DNA from: Scyliorhinus canicula
Taxonomy: Eukaryota
NCBI RefSeq assembly: GCF_902713615.1
Contig: NC_052160.1
Span: 28,107,379 to 28,171,378, forward strand
DNA: 64,000 bases
Direction: 5' to 3'
Shown: positions 1-11,690 of the stretch, piece after piece
How positions within the stretch are numbered: position 1 is the stretch's first letter
How the letters are laid out: every line of letters begins with the position of its first letter
Made by a program: the position numbers and the translations under genes
Notes under the pieces: generated by a model
What the model was told of the DNA's origin: nothing
Seen by the model: only the letters and a program-made list of their open reading frames with translations
Database searches by the model: none

Positions 1-34
<34 letters not shown>

Positions 35-35
35 A

Positions 36-663
36 GCCCTGGCAGAAGCTCCCCGGCCAGCGGCACAATGGCTAGCACACTATGGGCATGTTGGACATCT
101 TCCGCATGCCCTCTCTCTCCCTCAGCAGTCGTCACACCGGTTTCACGATTTAAAAAAAAATAAATTTAGATTACCCAATTATTTTTTCCAATTAAGGGGC
201 AATTTAGCGTGGCCAATCCATCTACTCTGTACATTTTTGGGTTGTGGGGGCGAAACCCACGCAGACACAGGGAGAACGTGCAAACTCCACACGGACAGTG
301 ACCCAGAGCCAGGATCGAACCTGGGACCTCAGCGCCGTGAGGCGGTTGTGCTAACCACTAGGCCACCGTGCTGCCCTTGGTTTCACGATTTTTAAAAGCA
401 CAAGTGAACCGGGTCGTCGGGAACTCGGCCCATCAGAGGCGGAGAATCGCGGAGGTCTTGGAGAGTCTGGATCGGGCCCACTAATGATATGTAAACAGTG
501 CCTACTGTATGTGCAGAGTAAAACGCATTGACGCCATTTTCCAGGTGATGGGGAATCATGATCTGTTGGCAAATTGGTGCTTGCCGCAATTCTGGCGGTG
601 GAAGCAATTCTCTGCCAAATCACATTTCCTGATTTCGCCGTCAGCTAACGGAGAATCCTGCCC
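36..663. mobile_element. Right part of a GC-rich TIR element (end ggagaatcctgccc) with a SINE insertion (152-377)
   Basis: Terminal motif at 650-663; SINE TSD ggtttcacgattt at 139 and 379. The left end is outside the window. Confidence 0.5.
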
Positions 664-664
664 A

Positions 665-1575
665 AGGGATGCTTTTCTTTATTGGGTTGGCACTGAATAC
701 AAAAGCAGGGATATAATGCCGAAACTGTATAAAACGCTGGTTAGAGTTTTGTGTGCATTTCTGGTCAACACATTCCAGGAAGAACATAATTTCTCTGGAG
801 AGAGTGCAGAGGAGATTTACAAGAATGTGGCCAGGGCTTGAAAATTGCAGCTATGAGGAGATTGGATAGGCTCGGGTTGTTTTCTTTAGAACAAAGGAGG
901 CTAAGGGGTGACCTAATTGAGGTGTACAAAATTATGAGGAACCTAGACAGGGTAGACAGGGGACAAAAGAGAAAATGCTGGAAAATCTCAGCAGGTCTGG
1001 CAGCATCTGTAGGGAGAGATGCTTTTTCGTTTCAGATTCCAGCATCCGCAGTAATTTGCTTTTATCCAGGGTAGACTTGTTTCCCCAACTGAGGGATCAA
1101 TTACCAGGGGCACAGATTTAAGCTGATTGGTAGAAGGATTAGAGGAGACATGAGGAAACATTTTTCACCCAGACGGCGGTGGGCGTCTGGAATTCAAGGC
1201 CTAAGTTGATGGTTGATGCCGAAACACTCAACTCATTTTAAAAAGATATCTGGATCTGCATCTGAAGTGTTGTAAATACAAGGCTATGGACCAGGTGGCT
1301 GGTTTAGCACAGTGGGCAAAAACAGCTGGTTTATAATGCAGAACAAGACTAGCAGCGTGGGTTCAATTCCCGTACCAGCCTCCCCGAACAGGTGCCGGAA
1401 TGTGGCGACTAGGGGCTTTTCACAGTAACTTAATTGAAGCCTACTTGTGACAATAAGCGATTATTATTTATTATTAGGTGCTGAAAATGGGATTAAAATG
1501 AGCGGCGGATGGCTGACACACACATGATGGGCTGAATGGCCTTTTTCTCCACTGTAACCTTTTATGGTTCTCTAT
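665..1575 (+). mobile_element. Decayed CR1 3' fragment containing a Penelope-derived insert (about 960-1066) and a tRNA-SINE (about 1297-1476)
   Basis: LGLFSLEQRRLRGDLIEVYKIM; cagggtagac is duplicated around the Penelope-like insert. Confidence 0.8.
1297..1476 (+). mobile_element. tRNA-derived SINE with (ATT)n tail (representative)
   Basis: B box gggttcaattccc; tail gcctacttgtgacaataagcgattattatt. Related copies near 2128, 9925, 38190, 45518 and 49597. Confidence 0.8.
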
Positions 1576-2680
1576 GGGAAAGAACATCTTTAAGTGAGAG
1601 AAGTCCAGATTTCCATTAGTGTGTGTGTAAAAATAACCTTACTGATTTCACTCTTCAGCAGCCTGCACTAATTTTAAGATTATGCCTCCCTATTCTGGAC
1701 TCAGGCACCAGAGTTTCTCTCCATCTGCCCCACTAAATCCCTTTGTCATTTTATAGAACTCAATAAGATCACCCTCTACATCTCCTACTCCAGGGTCTAA
1801 TTATCACCTAACGTCAACCTACGTTCTGTCCTTTGCTAACTGATCTCCCAGCCCCCAGCCCTCTCGAACCTCACTAACTCAAACAACCACCTGAATCTAA
1901 TTCTTTCATTATTTTTAAATACATCAATCAAATCTTCTCAAAGCAGACTCTTTCCAAGAGACAATGGCCAAACTGTCTTAAACCATTGTGATACCCGAGA
2001 GAGCTTCTATATCAGCTGCTATTTAAAGCTCCCACCCAAACTGTGTGCTGAGAATACTGACAGATGCAACTATCCGAGTTGGTTTGCATTATCCCCTCCA
2101 GTCTCTGCTACTCTCTCAAACGCTTTTCATAATAATCTTTTTATTATCACAAGTAGGCTTACATTAACATTGCAAAGAAGTTACTGTGAAAAGCTCCTAG
2201 TCGCCACATTCCAGTGCCTGTTCGGGTACACGGAGGGAGAATTCAGAATTTCCAGCTGGTATGGGAATTGAACCGGCACTGCTGGCCTTGTTCTGCATCA
2301 CAAACAGCTGTCTAGCCCACTGAGCTAAACCAGCCCGAAAGCTGTGACTCCTTTCTGGGCTACAGTGGCACGGGCAGACTTTAACCTTCTAGCACCAAGC
2401 CCTTTTATAAATAGCATTATTTGACTGTGAAAGGCATCACAGCTAGGAGCAATTCTATTTTCGCCGGGTAATGATACAGTTTTCACCCGGACTCAGATTT
2501 TCAGCAGGAGTCAGAAGCAACCAGTCACAAGCAAGCAGGAACACAACAGCAGGAGTAGGTTATTCAGCACCTTGAGCCTGCTCCGCCATGTGAACGATGG
2601 CTAACTTAGGGGGTATATTTCAAGAGGTCATGCTACGAGGTCGCGTCCTGTCCCACAACTGGTGTGACACTGAGACTTAC

Positions 2681-2749
2681 CAGTGTGCCCCTGTATGCAG
2701 ACCTTCCCCAAAAGCTGAGACACAAAGGAGAGGGAACAGTCCATCCCAC
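2681..2749 (-). CDS. TELO2: TELO2 third coding exon (69 nt), GGMDCSLSFVSQLLGKVCIQGHT
   Basis: Not in the ORF track; translated by hand. Acceptor ttccttacag and donor gtaagt on the minus strand, phase 1/1. Matches recalled human [23 protein letters not shown]. Confidence 0.93.
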
Positions 2750-3009
2750 CTGTAAGGAAATGCAGGAAAATCAGGGTACAGCACTCAATTACTTAGCCTC
2801 TCACTACGCAAAACAGACTAAAGCCAACGTGCTTTGAAATTGCAGCAAATTCTTTTCACTCCCAATGCCCTCAGTACACCCCCTCTAACCTCAAAGCATT
2901 CACTCTGAGCACACTTGGGAAGGTTTGGAGGGCATAATTTACTACTACACGCTGAATACAAGTGGAGGCAATCTGAAACCCTCTCCTAGCTGGTATGCTT
3001 TAAGAAGCT

Positions 3010-3330
3010 CAGGAGTGGCTCGGTGGCCAGCACTCTCACCCGAGTCAAAAGGTTGTGAGTTCAAGTCCCATTCTAGCAACTTGAGCATAGAATGCAGACC
3101 AACATTCCAGTAGTGCTGGGCAGGCACTGCACTGTTAGAGAGGCCGCCTTTTGGATGAGTCATTAAATGGAGACCTCATAGTATCATTACAAAGCAGGAC
3201 CCTCTGAAAGAGCACTTTACCCATCTACCATCTCAAGTAAATCAGACGATCCCACATTACTATTCAGAGAAGTGCAGGGGAGCTTCCATCTGCACCCTGG
3301 GCCAATATTCCTTGCTCAGTCACTCACCAG
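3010..3330 (+). mobile_element. Ancient SINE remnant (DeuSINE/SacSINE-like)
   Basis: aaggttgtgagttcaagtcccattc head and gcactgcactgtt core; similar decayed pieces at about 14380-14520 and 22140-22320. Confidence 0.5.
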
Positions 3331-3456
3331 AGTGGTTTGTAGGATTAAAAAAGAATCAGTAACAGTGTCAGTATTATCAAGTCAGGACGGTTTGTGACTG
3401 GGAGGGAAGATTCCAGGTGGTGGTGTTCCATTACATCAGAGCTTGGCTATTCTCAC

Positions 3457-3734
3457 CTTTCAGTCGTTCACAGGTTCTCTCCAACACAGAGAGCATCTCC
3501 TGTCCCAACAGTGGATAGTAATCCTCAGGGTAGAACATCACCCGGTTGTTCTTCTCCAGTTTGTTTGCCATGTGATCTGGCAGTGCAGAGATTTTGTTCA
3601 GCAATGTCTCTCGCAGACTGGCCATGTGCGGTGAGGTGTGTTCAAGGCAAACCTCCCAGATCAGCTGAGCCATCCGGCCCTCCCGCAGGAACTGCTCCAG
3701 AATCTGCACACATCGCTCCTGTCGTAAGCTTGGG
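3457..3734 (-). CDS. TELO2: TELO2 second coding exon (278 nt), SPSLRQERC...RETLLNKISALPDHMANKL...CERLK
   Basis: Inside ORF 3431..3853. Acceptor gtcacag, donor gtgaga. Similar to recalled human [20 protein letters not shown]. Phase fits both neighbouring exons. Confidence 0.95.
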
Positions 3735-4209
3735 CTGTGACACAAGACCACATTGAGGTAGAAGCAAAACGTAGATCTGATCCCAGTCCCCAACCTATAC
3801 TGAACAGACCACCCAATAAAGGGCAACTGGCAGAATTTTCCGAGTGCACCCACGTTGGCAGATGGCTCCTCGGCGCATGTAAATATTTAGAGGGGTTCCA
3901 TCAATATGTTGCTATAATGTACGTGTTTAGGAATAAGGGCAGCACGGGTGGTACAGTGGTTAGCATATCTGCTTCATGGCACCGAGGACCCGGGTCCGAT
4001 CCTGGCTCTGGGTCACTGTCCGTGTGGAGTTTGCACATTCTCCCCGTGTCTGCTTGGGTCTCGCCCCACAACCCAAAAAGATGTGCAGAGTAGGTGGATT
4101 GGTCACACTAAATTGCCCCTTAATTGGGAAAAAAAGACTTGGGTACTCTAAATTTATAAAACAAAAAAAAGTAATATATGTGTTCAAGAAGTCCCTGAGA
4201 GTGTAACAA

Positions 4210-5682
4210 TATTTAGTCCCGGACGATTGGAAGATCGCTGTTGTAACCCCCTTGTTCAAGAAAGGATCAAGACAAAAGATGGAAAATTATAGGCCAATTA
4301 GCCTAACCTCGGTTGTTGGTAAAATTCTAGAATCGATCGTTAAGGATGAGATTTCTAATTTCTTGGAAGAGCAGGGTCGGATTAGAACAAGTCAACATGG
4401 ATTTAGTAAGGGGAGGTCGTGCCTGACGAACCTGTTAGAATTCTTTGAGGAGGTGACAAGTAGGTTAGACCAGGGAAACCCAGTGGATGTGGTCTATCTG
4501 GATTTCCAAAAGGCCTTTGATAAGGTGCCACACAGGAGGCTGCTGAGTAAGGTGAGGGCCCATGGTGTTCGAGGTGAGCTACTGGCATGGGTTGAGGATT
4601 GGCTGTCTGACAGAAGGCAGAGAGTTGGGATAAAAGGTTCTTTTTCGGAATGGCAGCCGGTGACCAGCGGTGTCCCACAGGGTTCAGTGTTGGGGCCGCA
4701 GCTGTTCACCATATATATTAATGATCTGGATGAAGGGACTGGGGGCATTCTAGCGAAGTTTGCTGATGATACGAAGTTAGGTGGTCAGGCAGGTAGTGCT
4801 GAGGAAGTGGGGAGGCTGCAGAAGGATCTAGACAGTTTGGGAGAGTGGTGCAGGAAATGGCTGATGCATTTCAACGTGAGAAAATGTGAGGTCTTGCACT
4901 TTGGAAAAAAGAATCCAAGCATAGACTACTTTCTAAACGGTGAGAAAATTCATAATGCCAAAGTACAAAGGGATCTGGGAGTGCTAGTCGAGGATTCCCT
5001 AAAGGTAAACATGCAGGTTGAATCCGTGATTAAGAAAGCGAATGCTATGTTGTCATTTATCTCAAGAGGGTTGGAATATAAAAGCAGCGATGTGCTACTG
5101 AGCCTTTATAAGGCTCTGGTTAGGCCCCATTTGGAGTACTGTGTCCAGTTTTGGGCCCCACATCTCAGGAAGGACATACTGGCACTGGAGCGTGTCCAGC
5201 GGAGATTCACACGGATGATCCCTGGAATGGCGGGTCTAGCATATGAGGAACGGCTGGCGTTCCTGGGATTGTATTCATTGGAGTTCAGAAGGTTAAGGGG
5301 AGATCTAATAGAAACTTACAAGATAATACATGGCTTAGAAAGGATGGACGCAAAGAAACTGTTTCTGTTAGGCGAGGAGTCGAGGACCCGTGGGCACAGC
5401 CTTAGAATTAGAGGGGGTAAATTCAAAACAGAAATGCGGAGACATTTCTTCAGCCAGAGAGTGGTGGGCCTGTGGAATTCATTGCCGCAGAGTGCAGTGG
5501 AGGCCGGGACGCTAAATGGCTTCAAGGCAGAGATAGATAAATTCTTGATGTCGCGAGGAATTAAGGGCTATGGGGAGAATGCTGGGAGGTGGAGTTGAAA
5601 TGCCCATCAGCCATGATTGAATGGCGGAGTGGACTCGATGGGCCGAATGGCCTTACTTCCACTCCTATGTCTTATGGTCTTA
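4210..5682 (+). mobile_element. CR1 LINE, 5'-truncated, with an uninterrupted RT ORF (4252-5598)
   Basis: NYRPISLTS, GVPQGSVLGP, KFADDTKL, LVRPHLEYCVQFW; 3' tail cctatgtcttatggtctta. Confidence 0.95.
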
Positions 5683-5810
5683 TTAACTCTTCCTAATAAT
5701 GCTGTGCAGACATTGCCCACATTCAGGGAGACTGAATCTTTAAGTGCTTTTATGCTTTTTTCGCAATTAGAGAATTCACTACAGGGTACCCACTATGTTG
5801 GTTAAGTTAC

Positions 5811-6142
5811 CTGGCAGCAATGATAGTGTCCAGCAGCACCAGGTATGCTTGATGGGGTGGACCATTCAGAAAGAAGTAATCCAATAATTCTTTTTCCTGG
5901 TCAGCAGGCAGCAACATCAGCCAATCTACACTGAGATTACTGGTCAGGACCTGCAGGAAGTGGAAGTAGTGTGTGTTCACAAATTCGTTGTTCTTTGGCA
6001 AGTGTTCAGCAGAGTTTGGTCCCCCCAGGTACTGTTTCATAGTCTGTAAGCTGCGTGTGATTTCTGCACTGTCCCGGGAGGAAGACAGGGTACCGATTGC
6101 TTGTTTGACGAGGCATCGGACTTCAAGAATTTCAGGCTCCAT
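5811..6142 (-). CDS. TELO2: TELO2 first coding exon, MEPEILEVRCLVKQAI...YLVLLDTIIAA
   Basis: ATG at 6142 in context gccATGg; acceptor atcccag just upstream (exon starts 6153); donor gtaact at 5810. Similar to the recalled human N-terminus MEPAPSEVRLAVREAI...FFLEGPADQAFLVL. Confidence 0.95.
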
Positions 6143-7052
6143 GGCTGAGGATCCTGGGATAAGCAGATAGACACACAGAAAAATAGTTACAAAATTAGAT
6201 GAAATATTCACATATCACCGCCAATTCCCTGAACTCTGCAGTTTCTATTTAGTAAACAACAAATTTTAAAGCCACCAAAAATAGATAGCTCTCTAAAAAT
6301 AGGAGTGAAGGCAGAACAATTCTTTTCACTGTACCTCGGTACACGTGACAATAAATCTAAATAACCCATTAGATACTTTGATGAAGAGACATCCAGACTT
6401 GATACGCTAGCTCTGTACTCTCTCCACAAATGCTGTCAGACCGGTTGAGGTTTTCTAGCATTTTCTGTTTTTGTTTCAGATTCCAGCATCCGCAGTAATT
6501 TGGTTTCATCAAGTTCTCTAATGTCTCGGAGGAATGGAAATATTTTAACCCAGTTTGGAGCACATGACTCTTAACTGCCTCGGAAATGGCCCAGCAAGTA
6601 ACTCCAAATATATATCCAAGAAGACGGCTCACTGTCTTCTGAAGAGCAATTTGAGATGGGCAATAAATCCTGCCCTTGCCAGCCACACTCACATCTCATG
6701 AATGAAAAAACAAGCCTGGCATTTGACTCCCAGTTCGTGCTCGGTTTGCCAATGATAGTCAGTGTAGATTTAACTGACAGAGGGTGGGGATAATGCCAAG
6801 TCTCTCTATCTCCTGTTTGGTTGAATGCCTGCAGACACAGGGTAAGGGTCACACCAGGTTCTCCAGACTGTCAGACAATCTGTGACTCTCACAGTCTCAT
6901 TGTCCTGGATCACAAAGTCCAGTGAAATATCACAGGTGAGTGTGCAGCAAATTGCTGAATAACCCACATCAAAAACATGAGGCAGAGAAATACCTCAACA
7001 CCTGCCAACTACCCCAGGCCTGTCAACCCTCCTGCTGTTGAAATACATTTAC

Positions 7053-7350
7053 CTAAATCCGCCCATAGATTCACGTCGCCCGTTCTCGGTACATGCGAGC
7101 AGTAAGTTTGCCCAGAGCCACCGCTCTGGGTCTCGAACCCACATCTGAAGCTGGAACTGAAGTCGTTTTGTCTATTCAATTTATTGATGGACAAGCGGCC
7201 CGATTTGTACCGAATCTGCCGACTAAAATCGCCTTACCCATTTCACGGTTGACATCCGGGAACGTGCGGATCCAGCGCCATCCTGGTATAGGCAGCACAA
7301 GCGCCTTCTTCCGATTAAGCACCTTCTTCCGACTAAGGGGTTTGACACCA
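7053..7350 (-). other. TELO2: Probable non-coding first exon and CpG-rich 5' region of TELO2
   Basis: CpG-rich block ending in a candidate donor ttag|gtaaat at 7052, about 0.9 kb upstream of the ATG exon. The TSS cannot be fixed from sequence. Confidence 0.55.
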
Positions 7351-7740
7351 GCGGCCATCTTCGTATAGGACACGGGAAGGACAGGACCAGCGTCATCATA
7401 GTACAGGAGGCCAGGATGTGACACAACTGCGCCGGCTTGGGACAGGATGCCGGAAGTGCAACTGCTGCGCCATCTTCGTATAGGACACGGGAAGGACAGG
7501 ACCAGCGCCATCATAGTACAGGAGGCCAGGATGTGACACAACTGCGCCGGCTTGGGACAGGATGCCGGACGTGCAACTGCTGCGCCATCTTCGTATAGGA
7601 AACGGGAAGGACAGGACCAGCGCCATCATGGTATGGGAGGCCAGGAAGTGACACTACGACGCCGGCGGGGTGCCGGAAATGTGCCATCTTCGTAAAGGAA
7701 ACCGGAAGCACAGAACATCTTTGTATAGGAGATAGGAAGT
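7351..7740. promoter_or_regulatory. TELO2 promoter region: 115-bp tandem repeat with YY1-type and ETS-type motifs
   Basis: gccatcttcgta starts at 7354, 7469, 7584 and 7683. Motifs: AAGATGGC(G/C) on the minus strand and CCGGAAGT/CCGGAAAT/CCGGAAGC. Confidence 0.7.
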
Positions 7741-8766
7741 AGAGGACATAAGCAAATTAGGGTGGATGCAGAAATCTGTAAAAAGATCTAATGGCATCTG
7801 TGGAGAGAGAAACAGAGTTAACGTTTCTTGTCGAATGTGACTGTTTATTGGACTCTAAACGTTAACTGCTGTCAGACCTGCTCAGTATATCCAAACTTTT
7901 CTGTTTTGTGCCATATTTTGAACCTTTGTACGAATCCAGTTTTAACGTCACGGTATCTGTGTTAGCAGAGTTTTATAAATTGAGGATCACTGCTGCGTGT
8001 GGCGGTCAGCGGTGTTGCCTATACAATGCCCAAGTAGTCAGCATCTGGGCCTATTGAAGGTTGGAGTAACTGAGCCTGTTAATGTGGGAGAACTAGCTCA
8101 AATTGGTCTTACATGCCAACTTAAAAAACAAAACACATTTAATTTGTTATGTTTCCTTTCTTTCTCTGATTGGGATTTATTAGTTGCGCTAAACAGGGGC
8201 CCTTTGTTATATTCTTTGGTTGATAGCACTGGGGCAAATCAGTGTCTCCTTATGTTATACTTAAAAGAGTGTAAAAGTAGTCACCAGCTGTATCAGCCCT
8301 ACAACCTAGTCTCCCAATCCAAACCCCATGGTCTTTTGTGTATTCTCTCTTCGATTTGGCAATCATTGGTGACCATGCTTTGAATTGTATAGCCCCACAC
8401 TCTGAATTTGCTTCTGTAAACCTCTCCACCTCCCTCTCCTTCAAAGCTCACCATTTCGTAAAGCTTTTGCTCGGCTCCTAAATCTTTTTTTTGCCTCAAT
8501 ATCCTTTTATCCTTATGCTTCTGTCCTCTCTTTAAGACATTTTTCTACTTCGATTGTGCAACATAAATGTAAGGTAGCAAATTTAGAATCATGTAACACC
8601 TCCCAAATTCTGTCTTAGTCAATTGCATTAGTCGAATGCACTTAAATTAAAATTATGGATAATCTTTCACAAATAATAGATTTTTAATTTGAAAAATAGT
8701 GACAGGCTTTTCAAGTGTAACCAGACCATAACTCTTCCAAAATCTTTCTCAACAGTTATCGCTCTC

Positions 8767-8995
8767 AGGGCAGCACGGTGGCCTAGTGGTTAGCACAGCT
8801 GCCTCACGGCGCTGAGGTCCCAGGTTCGATCCCGGCCCCGGGGTCACTGTCCGTGTGGAGTTTGCACATTCTCCCCGTGTCTGCGTGGGTTTCGCCCCCA
8901 CAACCCAAAAATGTGCAGAGTAGGTGGATTGGCCACACTAAATTACCCCTTAATTGGAAAAAATAATTGGGTAATCTAAATTTATAAAAAAAAAC
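8767..8995 (+). mobile_element. tRNA-derived V-SINE with poly(A) tail (representative of about 20 copies)
   Basis: A box tggcctagtgg, B box ggttcgatccc, tail aattgggtaatctaaattta(A)n, 15-bp TSD aacagttatcgctct. Other copies start near 152, 3937, 10240, 10645, 11950, 12585, 15900, 16603, 17615, 19005, 19930, 20290, 24414, 24666, 29617, 38455, 43445, 44228, 50722 and 58652. Confidence 0.9.
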
Positions 8996-10859
8996 AGTTA
9001 TCGCTCTGCTTCTGTAACCAACCTCTATGGTATTCATAGAATTTACAGTGCAGAAGGAGGCCATTCAGCCCATCAAGTCTGCACTGGCTCTTGGAAAGAG
9101 CACTCTACCAAAGCCCACACCTCCACCCTATCCCCATAACCCAACCCAACGCTAAGGGTAATTTTGGACATTAAGAGCAATTTAGCATGGCCAATTCGCC
9201 TAACCTGCACATCTATGGACTGAGGGAGGAAACCGGAGCACCCGGAGGAAATCCACGTACACTCTGGGAGAACATGCAGACTCCGCACAGACAGTGACCC
9301 AAGCCGGGAATCGAACCTTGGACCCTGGAGCTGTGAAGCAATTGTGCCAAGCATTATGCTACTGTGCTGCCTTCTTAACCCTTAATGCCAACACCACTCT
9401 CAACTCTAATTTCCAAGTTTTAGTGCTGATGACATAAAGGACAGTGGTATAGTAAATAGCGTAAATGAGAGTAAAGAAGGCAGCTCGTCACCATTTTCTC
9501 AAGGGCAATTAGAGATAGGCAATAAATGCTGACCAAGCCAGAGAAGCTTGAATTAATAAAAAAAATTACAAAGATATTGATAGATAAAGTGAGTAGGAAA
9601 AACCATGGAAGATAGATTTCAACACAGCTAAGTCGGAGGTCACTCATTTTCCAAGTATTTTTTAAATGGTTAAAAGCTAGGAGATTTGAGATTTAGGAAT
9701 TTATGTACACATAACTAAACGGTACAACAAAAGGTCAAATAAGCTGATGGAATGTTAATTAGCCATTATAGCTGGAGGATAAGAATTACATTATGAAGGG
9801 GAGGACGTGCTGTTACAGCTAAACAAAGGCATGGTTAGACCACATCTAAAGTACTTCATACAGTTCTCTTGCAATGTAACTGAGGATATATTGACCTTGC
9901 AAGAAGTACATCACAGATTATAATGATAATCTTTATTGTCACAAGTAGCCTTACATTAACACTGCAATTAAATTACTGTGAAAAGTCCCCAGTTGCCACA
10001 TTCCAGCACCTGTTCGGGTACACAGAGGGAGAATTCAGAATGTCCAAATTACCTAACAACGCGTCTTTCGGGACTTGTGGGAAGACACCAGAGCACCCGG
10101 AGGAAGCCCACACAGACACAGGGAGAACGTGCAGACTCCGCACAGACAGTGACACAAGCTGGGACTTTAAAGACAATTTGATTTTCTTTTTAGAAATTTG
10201 AAAGGCATTGATAGGGTAAATAGAGAGAAACATTTTCTTTTTTTTAATATAAATTTAGAGTATCCAATTTTTTGTTTCCAATTAAGGGGCAATTTTGTGT
10301 GGCCAAGCCACCTCGCCTGCACATCTTTGGATTGTGGGGGTGAAACCCATGCAAACACAAGGAGAATGAGCAAACTCCACACGGATAGTGATCCAGGGCC
10401 AGGATTTGAACCCAGGTCCTCAGAGCCGTAGGCAGTGTGCTAACCACTGTGCCACGTGCCACCATCTCCAGCAATCATAACAAAGTTCCATTAGGCATCT
10501 CTTTGTAATGGTTAAAATGAATGATTATCTAACGTTTATGACATCTTAATTGCATTTTTTGCAGACACACTGCCTGCCTGTGTGTTAAGTCAGAAGTTAA
10601 AAAAAATATTACCGCAATGGATATATATTCACCGTAACCCAGGGTTTTAATTTTTAAACAAATTCTAATTAAGGCGCAATTTGGCGGGGCCAATCCACTG
10701 ACCCTGCATATCTTTGGGTTGTGGGGGTGAGACCCTCGCAGACACGGGGAGAATGTGCAAACTCCACACAGACAGTGACCCAGAGTCAGGATCAAACCCA
10801 GGTCCTTGGCGCTGTGAGGCAGTAATACTAATCACTGCGTCACCGTGCTGCCTACCCAG

Positions 10860-11690
10860 GGGGCATGGAGCTGTGGGGCTGGTTAGGGGGCCAGCGATAG
10901 ATGGAAATGAACAAAGATGTCGTGGACAGAAAGACAAAAGGAACATAAATGGAGATGATTAAGGCTAAGAAGGGTGCGGATAGTGGCATATAAAGAGATT
11001 AGAATGTGTGAATGGCAGAATAAAGGTGAGCAGTGTGTCAAAGGGCAACTTGGAACAGATGGCCCAAGTGAAGTGGGGGGGAGAGGGGAAACAATGGTGA
11101 GGGAAAAACAGATCAATGGAAGAAATTAAAATAAATTGATAGAAATAGAAATGGGGTGAAAGTGGAGGAGAAAGTTCACAGTCTCAATGTTAAGGCCGGA
11201 AGGCTGTAACATGCCTAATCAGAAGGTGATGCTGTTCCTCCAGTTTGTGCTGGGTTTCAATGAAACATTGCAGCAGGCTAAGGACAGGCATGTGGACGTG
11301 AAAGCAGGATGGTGAGTTGAAACGGCAAGCGATAGGAAGGCCTGGTCCTGCTTGTGGCCGGACCAAAGGTGTTCAGCAAATCAGCACCCAGTCTGCATTT
11401 AGTCTCTTCAGCGTAGAGTAGACCGCATTGGGAGCAGCAAAAGCAATAGACCAGATGCACATGGAGAGCTGCCTAACTTGAAAAGATTGTTTATTTCCAG
11501 TGTTGGGAAACGGGGAGGAGGTAAAGGGACAGGTGTGGCACCTTCTGCAATTTGCATGGGAAGTTGCGTGGGAAGAGGGCGAGATAGTGGGGGTGTTGGA
11601 GGAGTGGCATCATGGAGGGAACGGTCCCAGTGAAATGCTGACGGGGGAGTGAGGGAAAGATGTGTATGGTGCTGGCATCATATAGATTTG
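10860..11690 (-). mobile_element. Penelope-like element remnant with GIY-YIG endonuclease
   Basis: LVYCFCCSQCGLLYAEETKCRLG (11278-11460). Confidence 0.8.

Noticed and set aside
1-2680. Further TELO2 exons
   Set aside because: No segment resembling the next exon was recognised; the gene probably continues left of the window.
8767-8845. tRNA genes in the many A-box/B-box sequences
   Set aside because: They are SINE heads continuing into SINE bodies and tails, with no proper acceptor stem.
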